A model generated the notes under the pieces. That model did no database searches. It had not been told where the DNA came from and was given only the letters and a program-made list of their open reading frames with translations. From Vicinamibacterales bacterium (GTDB lineage: Bacteria > Acidobacteriota > Vicinamibacteria > Vicinamibacterales > UBA8438), in contig OZ241896.1 of assembly GCA_965203565.1 (NCBI GenBank), forward strand, positions 3,857,015-3,921,014: a DNA stretch of 64,000 bases, given 5' to 3'. Shown here piece after piece: positions 20,463 to 30,225 of this stretch. Both the position numbers and the translations under genes were made by a program. Position 1 is the first letter of the stretch. Each line of letters opens with the position of its first letter.

Positions 20463-21861
20463 CTATCCCTTTCCTCTGGCGGCGCGCCGGATGGCCAGGA
20501 TCTCCTCGTAGTCCTCGATGAAGACGCCGTCCGGCCAGGTCTCCATCTCACCGTTCTCGCGGACGCCGATTTTCTCCGGCATGGACCCGTGCGCAGGATC
20601 GGCGTGGACCCAGTAGACCAGCACGTCGCGGGCCGGCAGGCGTCCCTCCGCGACCCAGCGTCGCGCGCGGAGCAGAATCATCTCCGAATGCGTCTCGACG
20701 ATCAGCGGCCGTGCGGCGCCGGCAAGATTCGTGAGCAGGAGTTCGGCGACCTCCGCGTGCGCCGCCGGATGGAGCTCGGCCTCCGGATGCTCGATGACGT
20801 CGACGCCGGGGCCGGCCCCGCGGGCCGACAGCGCGGTGACCGCCACCGGCAGCACGTGGGACAGTCCGCGGCCGGACTGCCCGAGGCGCACGTCGCCGTC
20901 CCGCAGCGGCGTTCCGGCCACCAGCTCGAAGTACTTCAGCCCGTGGTGGAATCCCGCGTCGCACCGAGAGCGGCGAGGCGCCCGGCTGACAAGGCGTGAG
21001 GAGGACGCATATTGGGCATACGCAACCGACGAACAACGCAGTCAGGCGGGATGCATCGCTGCTCGAATGCAGCGGGGACTTTCACCACGGGCTGACTTGC
21101 CTTGGGCGGCGACGTCGATACGCACCCCGAACGTCCTGCGGCACCAGTCGCGGACCGATGCCCGCAGGGCGTCGTCCGCGGCCAGGGCCAGCGGCGCGAG
21201 GCGTCCGTCCGGTCCGACGGCCGCCGACGCGTGTTCCGTTGCGGTGAACGGCGACGGCGGAAGACGCCGCGGGCAACGCAGATGACGGACACCGGCGGCC
21301 CAGGTCCGGAGGGATCCGGTTTCCGGACCCGCCCAATCCACAAGTTCTTCCGGTCGCCGGGGAAGCAACCCTCGCCAGGTCATGGTTCGAAGGTTCGGGT
21401 CCGGCGCCCCCGAAATGGAAATTCGATACTCGGACGTTTCGCCGAACCCCGGCCTCTCCGCAGAGATTTCGCGGTCGCCGCTTCTCAGCCGCCACTCGGA
21501 AATCTGCCGCTCGGACGCGCGCCCCGGCGCCGCCACGTTCGTGACGGCGGCGGCCAGCGACGATTCGGCGCTCCCGTCGGCCAGGGTGATCGACAGCTTC
21601 AACCGGCCATGCGCGGCGCGCCCCGTCACCAGATCCTCGAACGTCTCCCCGTGCCGGATTCCACCCGATTCCAGCGGAAGCGGCTCCCGCGCGTCGCGCT
21701 CCGAGGGCGCCAGACCGCCCGCCAGCAACTGGATCGCCTGGGCCAGCGCGGTCTTGCCCGCGTTGTTGGGCCCCACGCAGGATGGTCAGCGGCGCGATCT
21801 CCACGTCGACCCGCCGGGCGTACCCCTTGTACCGTTCGAGGCTGAACTTTCGGAGCTCCAC
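20463..21861 (-). pseudogene. ABC/AAA_21-type ATPase (DUF3696-like C-terminus), +1 frameshift at ~21777 and MITE copy 5
   Basis: LTIL-VGPNNAGKT Walker A split by an extra C; GRGLSHVLP signature, IEHPEAELHP, VETHSE, WPDGVF. Confidence 0.85.
20937..21094. mobile_element. 158-bp MITE copy 5, TSD ACTT
   Basis: TIRs and duplicated ACTT; removal restores QGK-YFEL. Confidence 0.92.
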
Positions 21862-21921
21862 CGCTGCCTACATGATAACGGCTGAGCCGCCGGCGCCATG
21901 ACGCCCTGTGAGGCGGCTTCG

Positions 21922-22079
21922 CAGCCCGTGGTGAAAGTCCCCGCTGCATTCGAGCGGCGATGCATCCCGCCTGACGGCGTTGTTCGTCGGTTGCGTATGC
22001 CCAATATGCGCCCTCCTCACGCCTTGTCAGCCGGGCGCCTCGCCGCTCTCGGCGCCCCGCGGGGTTCCACCACGGGCTG
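21922..22079. mobile_element. 158-bp MITE copy 6 (upstream of the defence operon), TSD TTCG
   Basis: TIRs and duplicated TTCG. Confidence 0.92.
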
Positions 22080-22270
22080 TTCGAGTCAGTCGCGGGGCGC
22101 GGCGGGCTGCTCCGGACGCGAGTCCGCAGCGGCGGGCGGCGGGCGGTCCGCTTCGAGCTGCGCCGAGACTGCTATACTGCTCCGTTTCGTTCGCGGATGG
22201 ACGCACCGGCCATGCTGGCCGAGCGTCCCGGCCCGCGCCCGCCACGGCGCGGCGAAAGGGTGGAGAAGGC

Positions 22271-24949
22271 ATGTCCAGCAGGTTTCCGTTCGGTGAGTCA
22301 CCGTCCGGCGCGTCCGTTTCCGGGTGGATCGCGCTGATCGTCATCGTCGTCGGGCTCGCGGCGCCCGTGTCCGCGCAGGACGACCTGACGCCGGAACAGC
22401 GCCAGGCGCTCGCCGACGCGCTCGACATGTCGGTGGCGGAGGTCCGGGCGATGGGTCTGTCGCCCGACGAAGCGCAGGTCCTGCTCGAAGGGTTCACCGA
22501 GGAGACGGTCGTCGTCGGCTCCCGCGCCCGGCCGCGGACCGTCGCCGCGTCGCCGGTGCCGGTCGACGTCCTCTCGACGTCCGACATCAGCAGCCAGGGG
22601 ACGGTCAACCTGCAGGACCAGATCCGGACGGTCGTCCCGTCGTTCAACGTCAACACGCAGCCGATCAGCGACGCCTCCACGGTCGTCCGGCCCGCGATGC
22701 TCCGCAACCTGGCGCCCGACCACACGCTGGTCCTGGTGAACGGGAAACGCCGTCACCGGTCGTCGATCATCGACTGGCACGGCGGCAACGGCGTGGCGTA
22801 CGGGTCGCAGGGGTCCGACATCTCCACCATCCCGGCCATCGCGCTCCGGCAGGTCGAGGTGCTGCGCGACGGCGCGGCGGCGCAGTACGGGTCGGACGCC
22901 ATCGCCGGCGTGATGAACTTCCAGCTCAAGGACGCCGCGTCCGGCGGCGCGTTCGAGGTGGGCGCCGGCACGTTCAGCCTGGGGGACGGCGAGGCGTTCA
23001 ACGTCGCCGGCAACGTCGGGCTGCCGCTCGGCGCCGCCGGCTTCGCCAACCTCAGCCTGGAGTACGGCGGATCGAACCCGACCAACCGGAGCGCCGCCCG
23101 CAGCGACGCCATCGCGCTGATCGCGGCCGGGAACCGGTTCGTCGAATCCGACACCCCGCAGGTCTGGGGATCGCCGGACGTCGACGACGACCTGAAGCTG
23201 TTCGGAAACTTCGGCTACACCACCGGCGCCGGGGTGCAGCTCTACAGCCACGCCAACTACGCCAGCCGGCAGGTGATCGGCGGCTTCTTCTTCCGGAACC
23301 CGAACACGCGCGGCGGCGTCTTCAGCGGCGACGGCGGCCAGACGCTGCTGGTCGGCGACCGGGTGTGGGCCGACACCGGCGTCGCGGGCGCGGGCGGCTG
23401 CCCGGCCGTCCCGATCGTCAGCGACACGCCCGACGCCGCCGCCCTGGCGGCGGTCGCGGCCGATCCGGACTGCTTCACGCTCTACAGCCGGTTCCCGGGC
23501 GGCTTCACGCCGAGCTTCGGCGGCGACGCGAAGGACATGTCGATCGTCGGCGGCGTCCGCGGCTTCACCGACGCCGGCTTCAACTGGGACGCGAGCGTTT
23601 CGGTCGGCGCCCACGAGACCGACCTGTTCATCCGCGACACCGTCAACGCCTCGCTCGGCTACGACACCCCCACCGCGTTCGATCTCGGCGGCAACCGGCA
23701 GCAGGAGATCGGGCTCAACTTCGACGTTTCGTACGCCGCCACCGAGATGGTCAACGTCGCCGCCGGCGCGGAGTGGCGCGACGAGCGGTACGAGACGACG
23801 CGGGGCGAGCCGGCGTCGTGGACGGTCGGCCCCTACGGCCGGGGGCAGGGTTTCTCGGCGGGGTCGAACGGGTTCTTCGGCTACGGGCCGCTCGCCGAGG
23901 GGAAGTGGAGCCGGAGCAACGTCGCCGTCTACGGCGACGTCGAGGTGACCAGCCTCGAGGACGACTGGACGTTCGGCGGAGCGCTCCGCTTCGAGGATTT
24001 CGAAGACTTCGGAACGACGACGAACGGCAAGGTCTCCGGCCGCTTCCGCTTCGTGCGCGCCAGCGTGAGCACCGGGTTCCGCGCGCCGACGCCCGGCCAG
24101 CAGAACGGCTTCAACATCTCGACCATCTTCGATCCCGGCGTCGGCGATCTGGTCAACAACGGCGTCATCCCGTCGATCTCGCCGGTGGCCGCCCTGCGGG
24201 GCGGCGAGCCGCTCCGGCCGGAGGAGTCGGTCAACTACACCGTCGGCGTGGTGTTCGACACCGGAGAGTTCAACTTCTCCGCCGACTATTTCCGGATCGA
24301 CGTCTCCGACCGGATCGGCATCACCAGCAACTTCAGCCTGCGGGACGACGAGATCGCGGCGCTGCTGGGGCAGGGGGTGGACGCCGCCCGCGACCTGAAG
24401 AACTTCCGGTTCTTCACCAACGCGTTCGACACCCGGTCGCAGGGGATCGACGTCGTGTCGACGTACACGCCGATCGCCCTCCGCGGCGCCACGACGTTCA
24501 GCGCCGTCTTCAACTACACCGACACCGACGTGACCGACAACGCGCAGGGGCTGCTCAGCGACCGGCGGATCGCCGAGTACGCCTACGCGCTGCCGCGCGT
24601 CCGCTGGAACGTCGGCGTCACGCAGCGGTTCGGACGGGTGAGCCTGCTCGGCCGGGTGAACTACTTCGGCGGCTGGTACGACTGGGACAGCGGGTTCAGG
24701 CAGGTCTTCACGCCGTCCGGCGGGGTCGAGCAGGGGTTCTTCGACGGCCGGCCGATCGTCGACGCCGAGATGAACGTCGACCTCGACGGCGGCGTGACGC
24801 TGTCGATCGGCGGCCAGAACCTGTTCAACACCTATCCGGACGAGAGCGCGCGCGCCATGTCGGTCGGCGAGAAGTACAGCGAGTACACGCCGTGGGGATT
24901 CAACGGCGCGTACTACTACGTCCGCGTCGGGTACGGCTGGGGAATGTAG
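22271..24949 (+). CDS. TonB-dependent receptor
   Basis: ETVVVGSR TonB box, plug LVLVNGKRRH, VEVLRDGAAAQYGSDAIAGVMN, STGFRAPT. Confidence 0.92.
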   Translation: MSSRFPFGESPSGASVSGWIALIVIVVGLAAPVSAQDDLTPEQRQALADALDMSVAEVRAMGLSPDEAQVLLEGFTEETVVVGSRARPRTVAASPVPVDVLSTSDISSQGTVNLQDQIRTVVPSFNVNTQPISDASTVVRPAMLRNLAPDHTLVLVNGKRRHRSSIIDWHGGNGVAYGSQGSDISTIPAIALRQVEVLRDGAAAQYGSDAIAGVMNFQLKDAASGGAFEVGAGTFSLGDGEAFNVAGNVGLPLGAAGFANLSLEYGGSNPTNRSAARSDAIALIAAGNRFVESDTPQVWGSPDVDDDLKLFGNFGYTTGAGVQLYSHANYASRQVIGGFFFRNPNTRGGVFSGDGGQTLLVGDRVWADTGVAGAGGCPAVPIVSDTPDAAALAAVAADPDCFTLYSRFPGGFTPSFGGDAKDMSIVGGVRGFTDAGFNWDASVSVGAHETDLFIRDTVNASLGYDTPTAFDLGGNRQQEIGLNFDVSYAATEMVNVAAGAEWRDERYETTRGEPASWTVGPYGRGQGFSAGSNGFFGYGPLAEGKWSRSNVAVYGDVEVTSLEDDWTFGGALRFEDFEDFGTTTNGKVSGRFRFVRASVSTGFRAPTPGQQNGFNISTIFDPGVGDLVNNGVIPSISPVAALRGGEPLRPEESVNYTVGVVFDTGEFNFSADYFRIDVSDRIGITSNFSLRDDEIAALLGQGVDAARDLKNFRFFTNAFDTRSQGIDVVSTYTPIALRGATTFSAVFNYTDTDVTDNAQGLLSDRRIAEYAYALPRVRWNVGVTQRFGRVSLLGRVNYFGGWYDWDSGFRQVFTPSGGVEQGFFDGRPIVDAEMNVDLDGGVTLSIGGQNLFNTYPDESARAMSVGEKYSEYTPWGFNGAYYYVRVGYGWGM

Positions 24950-24977
24950 CAGCGCCGCGCGCGGGCCGGTGCCGGCC

Positions 24978-25949
24978 GTGCTTCACGACCTCCTGCTGAT
25001 CGCGGCCGGGTTCGCCCTCGTCGCCAAGGGGGGCGGCCTGTTCGTCGACTCCAGCATCCGGATCGGCCGGGCGCTGGGGATCCCGCGATTCATCATCGGC
25101 GGCACGCTGGTGAGTCTGGCGACCACCGCGCCGGAGCTCACGGTGTCGGCGACGGCCAGCACCCTGGGCGACTCCGGCATCGCGCTGGGGAACGCCGTCG
25201 GATCCTGCATCTGCAACATCGGGCTGATCGTCGGAATGGTGGCGCTCATCATGCCGGTGGAGGTCGACCGGTCCGACTTCGTCCGGCGCGCCGCCTGGAT
25301 GGTCGCCGCCGGCGTGCTGGTCGTCGCGTTCTCGTGGGACCGGTCGATGGAGCGGATCTACGGCGCCGCGCTGCTGGCGCTGGCCGGCGCGTATCTGGCC
25401 TGGGATCTGGCCGGCATCGTCCGGTCGCGCGCGGCGGGCGACGGGCCGGCCGCGGAAGCGGAGGATCGCCGGGAGCTCGCGCGCGCGGCCGGCTGGTTCG
25501 CGGCGGGCGGCGTCTGCGTCGTGGCCGGCAGCCGGTTGCTCGTCACGTCCGGCCAGGGGCTGGCCGAGGCGTTCGGCGTCCCGTCGGCGATCATCGGCTT
25601 CTCGGTCATCGCGATCGGGACCTCGGTCCCGGAGCTCGTCACGGGGGTCGCCGCGGCGCGCAAGGGAGCGCCCGACCTGTCGCTCGGCAACATCATCGGC
25701 GCGAACGTGCTGAACCTGCTGCTGATCGTCGGCCTCTCGGGCGCGATCCAGCCGCTCGCGCTCGATCCGTTCAGCCAGCGGTACGGATTTCCCTGGCTCG
25801 GAATCTTCTTTCTGGCGGTCGTGGGCGTCGTCCTCCGGCACGGCGTGGTCCGGCGCGCGGCGGGGATCGGCTTCCTCATCCTGTACGCGCTGTACGTCGT
25901 CGGCCTGACGTCGCTCCCGACCCTGGCGCCGCTCCCGGCGGCCGGTTGA
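24978..25949 (+). CDS. Calcium/sodium antiporter (YrbG/CaCA family)
   Basis: Two alpha repeats, ATTAPEL...GNAVGS and GTSVPEL...GNIIGAN. Confidence 0.9.
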   Translation: MLHDLLLIAAGFALVAKGGGLFVDSSIRIGRALGIPRFIIGGTLVSLATTAPELTVSATASTLGDSGIALGNAVGSCICNIGLIVGMVALIMPVEVDRSDFVRRAAWMVAAGVLVVAFSWDRSMERIYGAALLALAGAYLAWDLAGIVRSRAAGDGPAAEAEDRRELARAAGWFAAGGVCVVAGSRLLVTSGQGLAEAFGVPSAIIGFSVIAIGTSVPELVTGVAAARKGAPDLSLGNIIGANVLNLLLIVGLSGAIQPLALDPFSQRYGFPWLGIFFLAVVGVVLRHGVVRRAAGIGFLILYALYVVGLTSLPTLAPLPAAG

Positions 25950-25953
25950 CGGC

Positions 25954-26385
25954 ATGCGCCCGACGCCGCCGCCCGGCTACCGGCCGTACGAGTACGACGA
26001 CCCGTTCGAGGACCACGTCGGACCGTTCGGCTGCAAGGTGGAGGACGGCCGGATCGCGTTCGCGTTCCAGGCCGACGGCCGCCACCGCAACACCGGGGGC
26101 GCCGTCCACGGCGGGATGCTGATGACGTTCGCCGACTTCGCCCTCTGCCTGACCGCGGTCTGGGACCAGCCGGGGGAACGGTGCGTCACGGTGGCGTGCA
26201 ACTGCGAATTCGTGGCGGCCGGGACGCCCGGCGAACTGATCGAGGCGTCCGGGGAGGTGGTGCGCCGGACCGGGTCGCTCACGTTCGTGCGGGGACAGGT
26301 GACCGCCGCCGGCCGCGTGCTGCTGAACTACAGCGGGATCGTGAAGCGGATTCGAGGCGGGCGCGCCGCGGCGGCCGGCCCGTGA
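25954..26385 (+). CDS. PaaI family thioesterase
   Basis: HRNTGGAVHGGMLMTFAD hotdog motif. Confidence 0.9.
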   Translation: MRPTPPPGYRPYEYDDPFEDHVGPFGCKVEDGRIAFAFQADGRHRNTGGAVHGGMLMTFADFALCLTAVWDQPGERCVTVACNCEFVAAGTPGELIEASGEVVRRTGSLTFVRGQVTAAGRVLLNYSGIVKRIRGGRAAAAGP

Positions 26386-26441
26386 CGCCCCGGGCGGGCG
26401 ACGCCCGGCTATAATCCGGCAGTCGTCGTGCAGGCGGAGGG

Positions 26442-28415
26442 ATGCAGATGCGTCATCGCAACGTCCTCGTCGGATCGGTGGCCGCCTTCCTGCTCGCAGC
26501 CCCGCCGGCTGCGGCCCAGCAGGGCGCGCCGGACGGAGAATGGCCGCACTACGCGGGCGACGTCGGGGCGACGAAGTACGCGCCGCTCGACCAGATCGAC
26601 CGCGGCAACGTCGGCGGCCTGCGGATCGCCTGGCGCCGGCCGGCGGTGGACCGGACGATCCTCGACCGCGTTCCGAACCTCAGCGTCACGAAGAATCTGA
26701 CCGCCACGCCGCTGATGGTGGACGGCGTGCTCTACACCTCCAACGGCGTCGGTCTGGTCGAGGCGTCCGACCCCGGCACGGGGGAGACCCTCTGGATCCA
26801 GGAGCCCATGGATCCGGCGCCGCAGGGGTACCGCGGGGCCGCGACCCGGGGCGTCGGCTACTGGACCGACGGCCGCGACCGGCGGATCCTCGTGCAGCGG
26901 GGTCAATACCTGACCGCGCTCGACGCCCGGACCGGCGCGCCGTACCCGGACTTCGGCGACGGCGGACGCGTCAACCTGACCGCCGGGCTCGGCGGGGACG
27001 CCCGGTACCGCTGGACGGGGGCGCCGCTGGTCGTCGGCGACGTCGTCGTGATGGGCCAGTCGATGACCGACACGTTCATCACCAAGGAGGCGGTGCGGGC
27101 GCCGGTCAGGGCGTTCGACGTGCGGACCGGCGAGTTGCGGTGGGCGTTCCACACCATCCCGCGGGCGGGCGAGTTCGGCACGGACACGTGGGAGGACGAC
27201 TCGTGGGAATACTCCGGGCATGCGCCGGTCTGGTCGCTGATGAGCGCCGATCCGGAGCTCGGGTACGTCTACCTGCCGGTGACGTCGCCGACCAGCGACA
27301 TGTACGGAGGGCATCGGGGGGGCGACAACCTGTACGGCCAGAGCATCGTCTGCGTCGATGCGGCGACCGGCGAGCGCGTCTGGCACTACCAGCTGGTGCA
27401 CCACGGGTTGTGGGACTACGACCTGCCGACGGCGCCGATCCTGATGGACGTCGAGGCAGCGGGTCGGCCGGGCGTCACGAAGATGGTCGTCCAGTTGACG
27501 AAGCAGGCGTTCGCGTTCGCGTTCGACCGGGCGACCGGCGAGCCGATCTGGCCGATAGAGGAGCGTCCCGTGCCGCAGTCGGCCACCCCCGGCGAGCGAA
27601 CTTCGCCCACGCAGCCGTTCCCCGTCCGGCCGCCCGCCTTCGACCGGCAGGACGCCACGGTGGACAACCTGATCGACTTCACGCCGGAGTTGCGCAAGGA
27701 AGCGCTGGAGATCGTCAGCCGTTACACGATGGGGCCGATGTTCACGCCGCCGACGGTCCGGACCGCGACGAACCTGGGCACGATTCAGCTTCCGGGGTCG
27801 CAGGGCGGGGCCGACGTGCAGGGCGGCGCGTTCGACCCCGAGACCGGCTACCTGTACGTGCCGTCGATCACCGCGCCGTTCGTGGCCGACATCGTGGAGG
27901 GGAATCCCGACCGCACCAACCTTCGGTACGTCAAGGGCCGCCGCCTCTGGATCGGGGGGCCGCGGGGCCTCCCGCTGTTCAAGCCGCCGTACGGGCGGAT
28001 CACGGCGATCGACATGACCCGGGGGGAGATCGTCTGGCAGGTCCCGAACGGACGCGGCCCGCGCGACCATCCGGCGATCCGGCATCTCGGCCTCGGCCGG
28101 CTCGGCTGGCCCGGCCGGCCGTCGCCGCTCGCCACCGCGACGCTGCTGTTCATCGGCGAGGGGTCCCGCGCGCGCGCCGAGCAGGGGGCGGACCGGATTC
28201 CCGAGGGGATGCCGCTCGAGATCGTGACGAATTACGGGGAGCCGTGGTTCCGCGCCTACGACAAGGCGACCGGCGAGGTGCTGTGGGAAACGGAGCTGCC
28301 GGGCGGCACGACCGGCGCGCCGATGACCTACCTGCACGAGGGGAAACAGTACGTCGTGGTGGCGGTTGAAGGGATCGACGAGCCGGCGCAGTGGGTGGCG
28401 TTCAGCCTGCCGTAG
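26442..28415 (+). CDS. PQQ-dependent quinoprotein (glucose dehydrogenase-like)
   Basis: YAPLDQID, TPLMVDG, RGVGYW, QLVHHGLWDYD, PMTYLHEGKQY. Confidence 0.9.
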   Translation: MQMRHRNVLVGSVAAFLLAAPPAAAQQGAPDGEWPHYAGDVGATKYAPLDQIDRGNVGGLRIAWRRPAVDRTILDRVPNLSVTKNLTATPLMVDGVLYTSNGVGLVEASDPGTGETLWIQEPMDPAPQGYRGAATRGVGYWTDGRDRRILVQRGQYLTALDARTGAPYPDFGDGGRVNLTAGLGGDARYRWTGAPLVVGDVVVMGQSMTDTFITKEAVRAPVRAFDVRTGELRWAFHTIPRAGEFGTDTWEDDSWEYSGHAPVWSLMSADPELGYVYLPVTSPTSDMYGGHRGGDNLYGQSIVCVDAATGERVWHYQLVHHGLWDYDLPTAPILMDVEAAGRPGVTKMVVQLTKQAFAFAFDRATGEPIWPIEERPVPQSATPGERTSPTQPFPVRPPAFDRQDATVDNLIDFTPELRKEALEIVSRYTMGPMFTPPTVRTATNLGTIQLPGSQGGADVQGGAFDPETGYLYVPSITAPFVADIVEGNPDRTNLRYVKGRRLWIGGPRGLPLFKPPYGRITAIDMTRGEIVWQVPNGRGPRDHPAIRHLGLGRLGWPGRPSPLATATLLFIGEGSRARAEQGADRIPEGMPLEIVTNYGEPWFRAYDKATGEVLWETELPGGTTGAPMTYLHEGKQYVVVAVEGIDEPAQWVAFSLP

Positions 28416-28433
28416 CAGCAGCGGACGATCCGC

Positions 28434-29444
28434 ATGACCGGCGACGGCTTGCCGCCCATCGAGCTCCGTCAGGCTGTCGACGCAGCGGTCAGAGGAGTCA
28501 GCCTCGGGGTGTTGCGAGCCGCCGCCGCGAACCTGTCGGCCACGTACCGGAGCGGCGGCGCCGCGGCCGTCCGGCGCGCCGGAGTCGGAGTCGACGTCGG
28601 CCGGCTCGCGTACGCCGCGGCGCGGATGCCCGCCACGTACCGCGCGGCGGCCGCGGCGTTGCGCGAGCTCCGCGCCCGCCGCCCCCGGCTGCGAGTCGGC
28701 AGTCTGCTCGACGTCGGGTCCGGACCGGCCACCTGCCTGTGGGCCGCGGGGTCGGCGTTCAGCGAGCTGGCCCGCGCCACGCTGATCGAGCCGGACCCGG
28801 CGATGGCCGCGCTCGGCAGGCGGTTGACGCAGGGATCGTCGCTCACGTCCCGCGTGGACGTTACGTGGCGGGCCGCCGACGCGGGCGAGCTGGCGGCGGC
28901 TCCGGCGCACGATCTGGTCGTCGCCGGCTATCTGCTCGGCGAGCTTCCCGAGGAGCGCCGCGGGCGGATGATCGACGAGGCATGGGCCGCCGCCCGCCGC
29001 GCGGTCGTCATCATCGAGCCGGGGTCGGCCGACGGGTTCCGCCGGATCCTCGAGGCGCGCGACCGGTTGATCGCCGGGGGCGCGTCGATCGCCGCGCCGT
29101 GTCCGCATGCCGGCTGCTGTCCGATGCCGCCCGGCGACTGGTGTCACTTCGCCGCCCGGTTGAACCGGACGGCGCTGCAGCGCCGGCTCAAGGGCGGCGT
29201 CCTGGCGTACGAGGACGAGAAATATGCGTACGTCGCGGCGGTTCGGGACGCCGGCGCGCCGGCGCCGGCCCGTGTCGTCCGACGGCCCCGCACGGCGCCG
29301 GGACGGGTCACGCTGCGGTTGTGCCGGCCGGACGGCCTGCGGGACGAAACGGTGACCAGAACCCGCCGCGCCGAGTACCGCGCGGCCCGGAAGGCGGCGT
29401 GGGGAGATAGCTGGCAGCCCGTGGTGGAACCCCGCAGCAGGTGA
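28434..29444 (+). CDS. Rsm22-family SAM-dependent methyltransferase
   Basis: YAAARMPATY, LDVGSGP, IIEPGS, APCPH...C...CHF, EDEKYAY. Confidence 0.85.
   Translation: MTGDGLPPIELRQAVDAAVRGVSLGVLRAAAANLSATYRSGGAAAVRRAGVGVDVGRLAYAAARMPATYRAAAAALRELRARRPRLRVGSLLDVGSGPATCLWAAGSAFSELARATLIEPDPAMAALGRRLTQGSSLTSRVDVTWRAADAGELAAAPAHDLVVAGYLLGELPEERRGRMIDEAWAAARRAVVIIEPGSADGFRRILEARDRLIAGGASIAAPCPHAGCCPMPPGDWCHFAARLNRTALQRRLKGGVLAYEDEKYAYVAAVRDAGAPAPARVVRRPRTAPGRVTLRLCRPDGLRDETVTRTRRAEYRAARKAAWGDSWQPVVEPRSR
29415..29435 (+). repeat. Solo 21-bp MITE end inside the 3' end of the Rsm22-like gene
   Basis: CAGCCCGTGGTGGAACCCCGC, identical to the start of copy 3. Confidence 0.8.
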
Positions 29445-29491
29445 CGGCGCCGCCGCGCGCAGCGGCTCGGCCGAGACCGGGCGCCGGGCGA

Positions 29492-30220
29492 ATGCGGCAA
29501 GGTTTCCGCCGCGGGCCGCCGGCCGGCGGCGTTCTCGCGGGATTCGTCCTGTGGGGGTCGGTCCTGGCGGGACTCGTCCACGCGCCGCCGGCCGCCGCGC
29601 AGGCGCTTGACGCCGTCGGCGCCAACGCGATCGCGGACCGACCGACGCCCGCCGGGCCGCGGCGGTCGGTCCGTGGGTTCGTGCAGGTGGGATGGCTCCG
29701 GTTCTCGGCGGGCGACAGCTTCGAGGCGGTCACCGGGAGCGCCGCCGGCTTCGTCTACGGCGGCGGCGTGCAGTTCGGCCTGTCGAACGGCTTTTTCCTG
29801 CAAGGGAGCGTCGAACGGTACGCCGCACGCGGCCAGCGCGTGTTCGTGCACGCCGGGCAGGTCTTCGCGCTGGGCATTCCCCATGAGGTCGCGATCACGC
29901 CGATCCGGCTTTCGGCCGGCTACCGGCGCACGCTGCGGCCGGGTCTCGACGGTTACGTCGGCGCGGGCGGCGGCGTGCACCTGCTCGAAGAGCGCGCCCC
30001 GTTCGGTCCGTCCGACGGCGACGCGGCCGCCGGGCGGCACGGCAGCGGCCACGCGCTGTTCGGCGTCGAAACCCCGCTGCGGCCGTGGCTGCGCGTCGGC
30101 GGTGAAGGCCAGTGGACCTGGGCGCCCGGCGCGATCGGGGCGGCCGGCGCCGCCGCCGCGTTCGACGAGCGCGACCTGGGCGGCTTCACCTTTCGGGTCA
30201 AGTTGTCGGTAGGGTATTGA
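29492..30220 (+). CDS. Outer-membrane beta-barrel protein
   Basis: Signal-like N-terminus, alternating beta strands, ends VKLSVGY; start uncertain. Confidence 0.6.
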   Translation: MRQGFRRGPPAGGVLAGFVLWGSVLAGLVHAPPAAAQALDAVGANAIADRPTPAGPRRSVRGFVQVGWLRFSAGDSFEAVTGSAAGFVYGGGVQFGLSNGFFLQGSVERYAARGQRVFVHAGQVFALGIPHEVAITPIRLSAGYRRTLRPGLDGYVGAGGGVHLLEERAPFGPSDGDAAAGRHGSGHALFGVETPLRPWLRVGGEGQWTWAPGAIGAAGAAAAFDERDLGGFTFRVKLSVGY

Positions 30221-30225
30221 AGCCG

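Noticed and set aside
11732..21050. TGA recoding (genetic code 4/25 or selenocysteine) rescuing interrupted genes
   Set aside because: Many well-conserved genes here end properly at TGA, and independent frameshifts and a deletion would remain.
19264..21247. Repeated ORFs starting MRRAHIGHTQ, MFVGCVCPIC or MGIRNRRTT
   Set aside because: These are translations of the MITE in different frames; no evidence of independent genes.
11637..22079. Repeats as a CRISPR array or integron attC array
   Set aside because: 158 bp long, mixed orientation, irregular spacing, inside genes and with individual TSDs; no cas or integrase gene.
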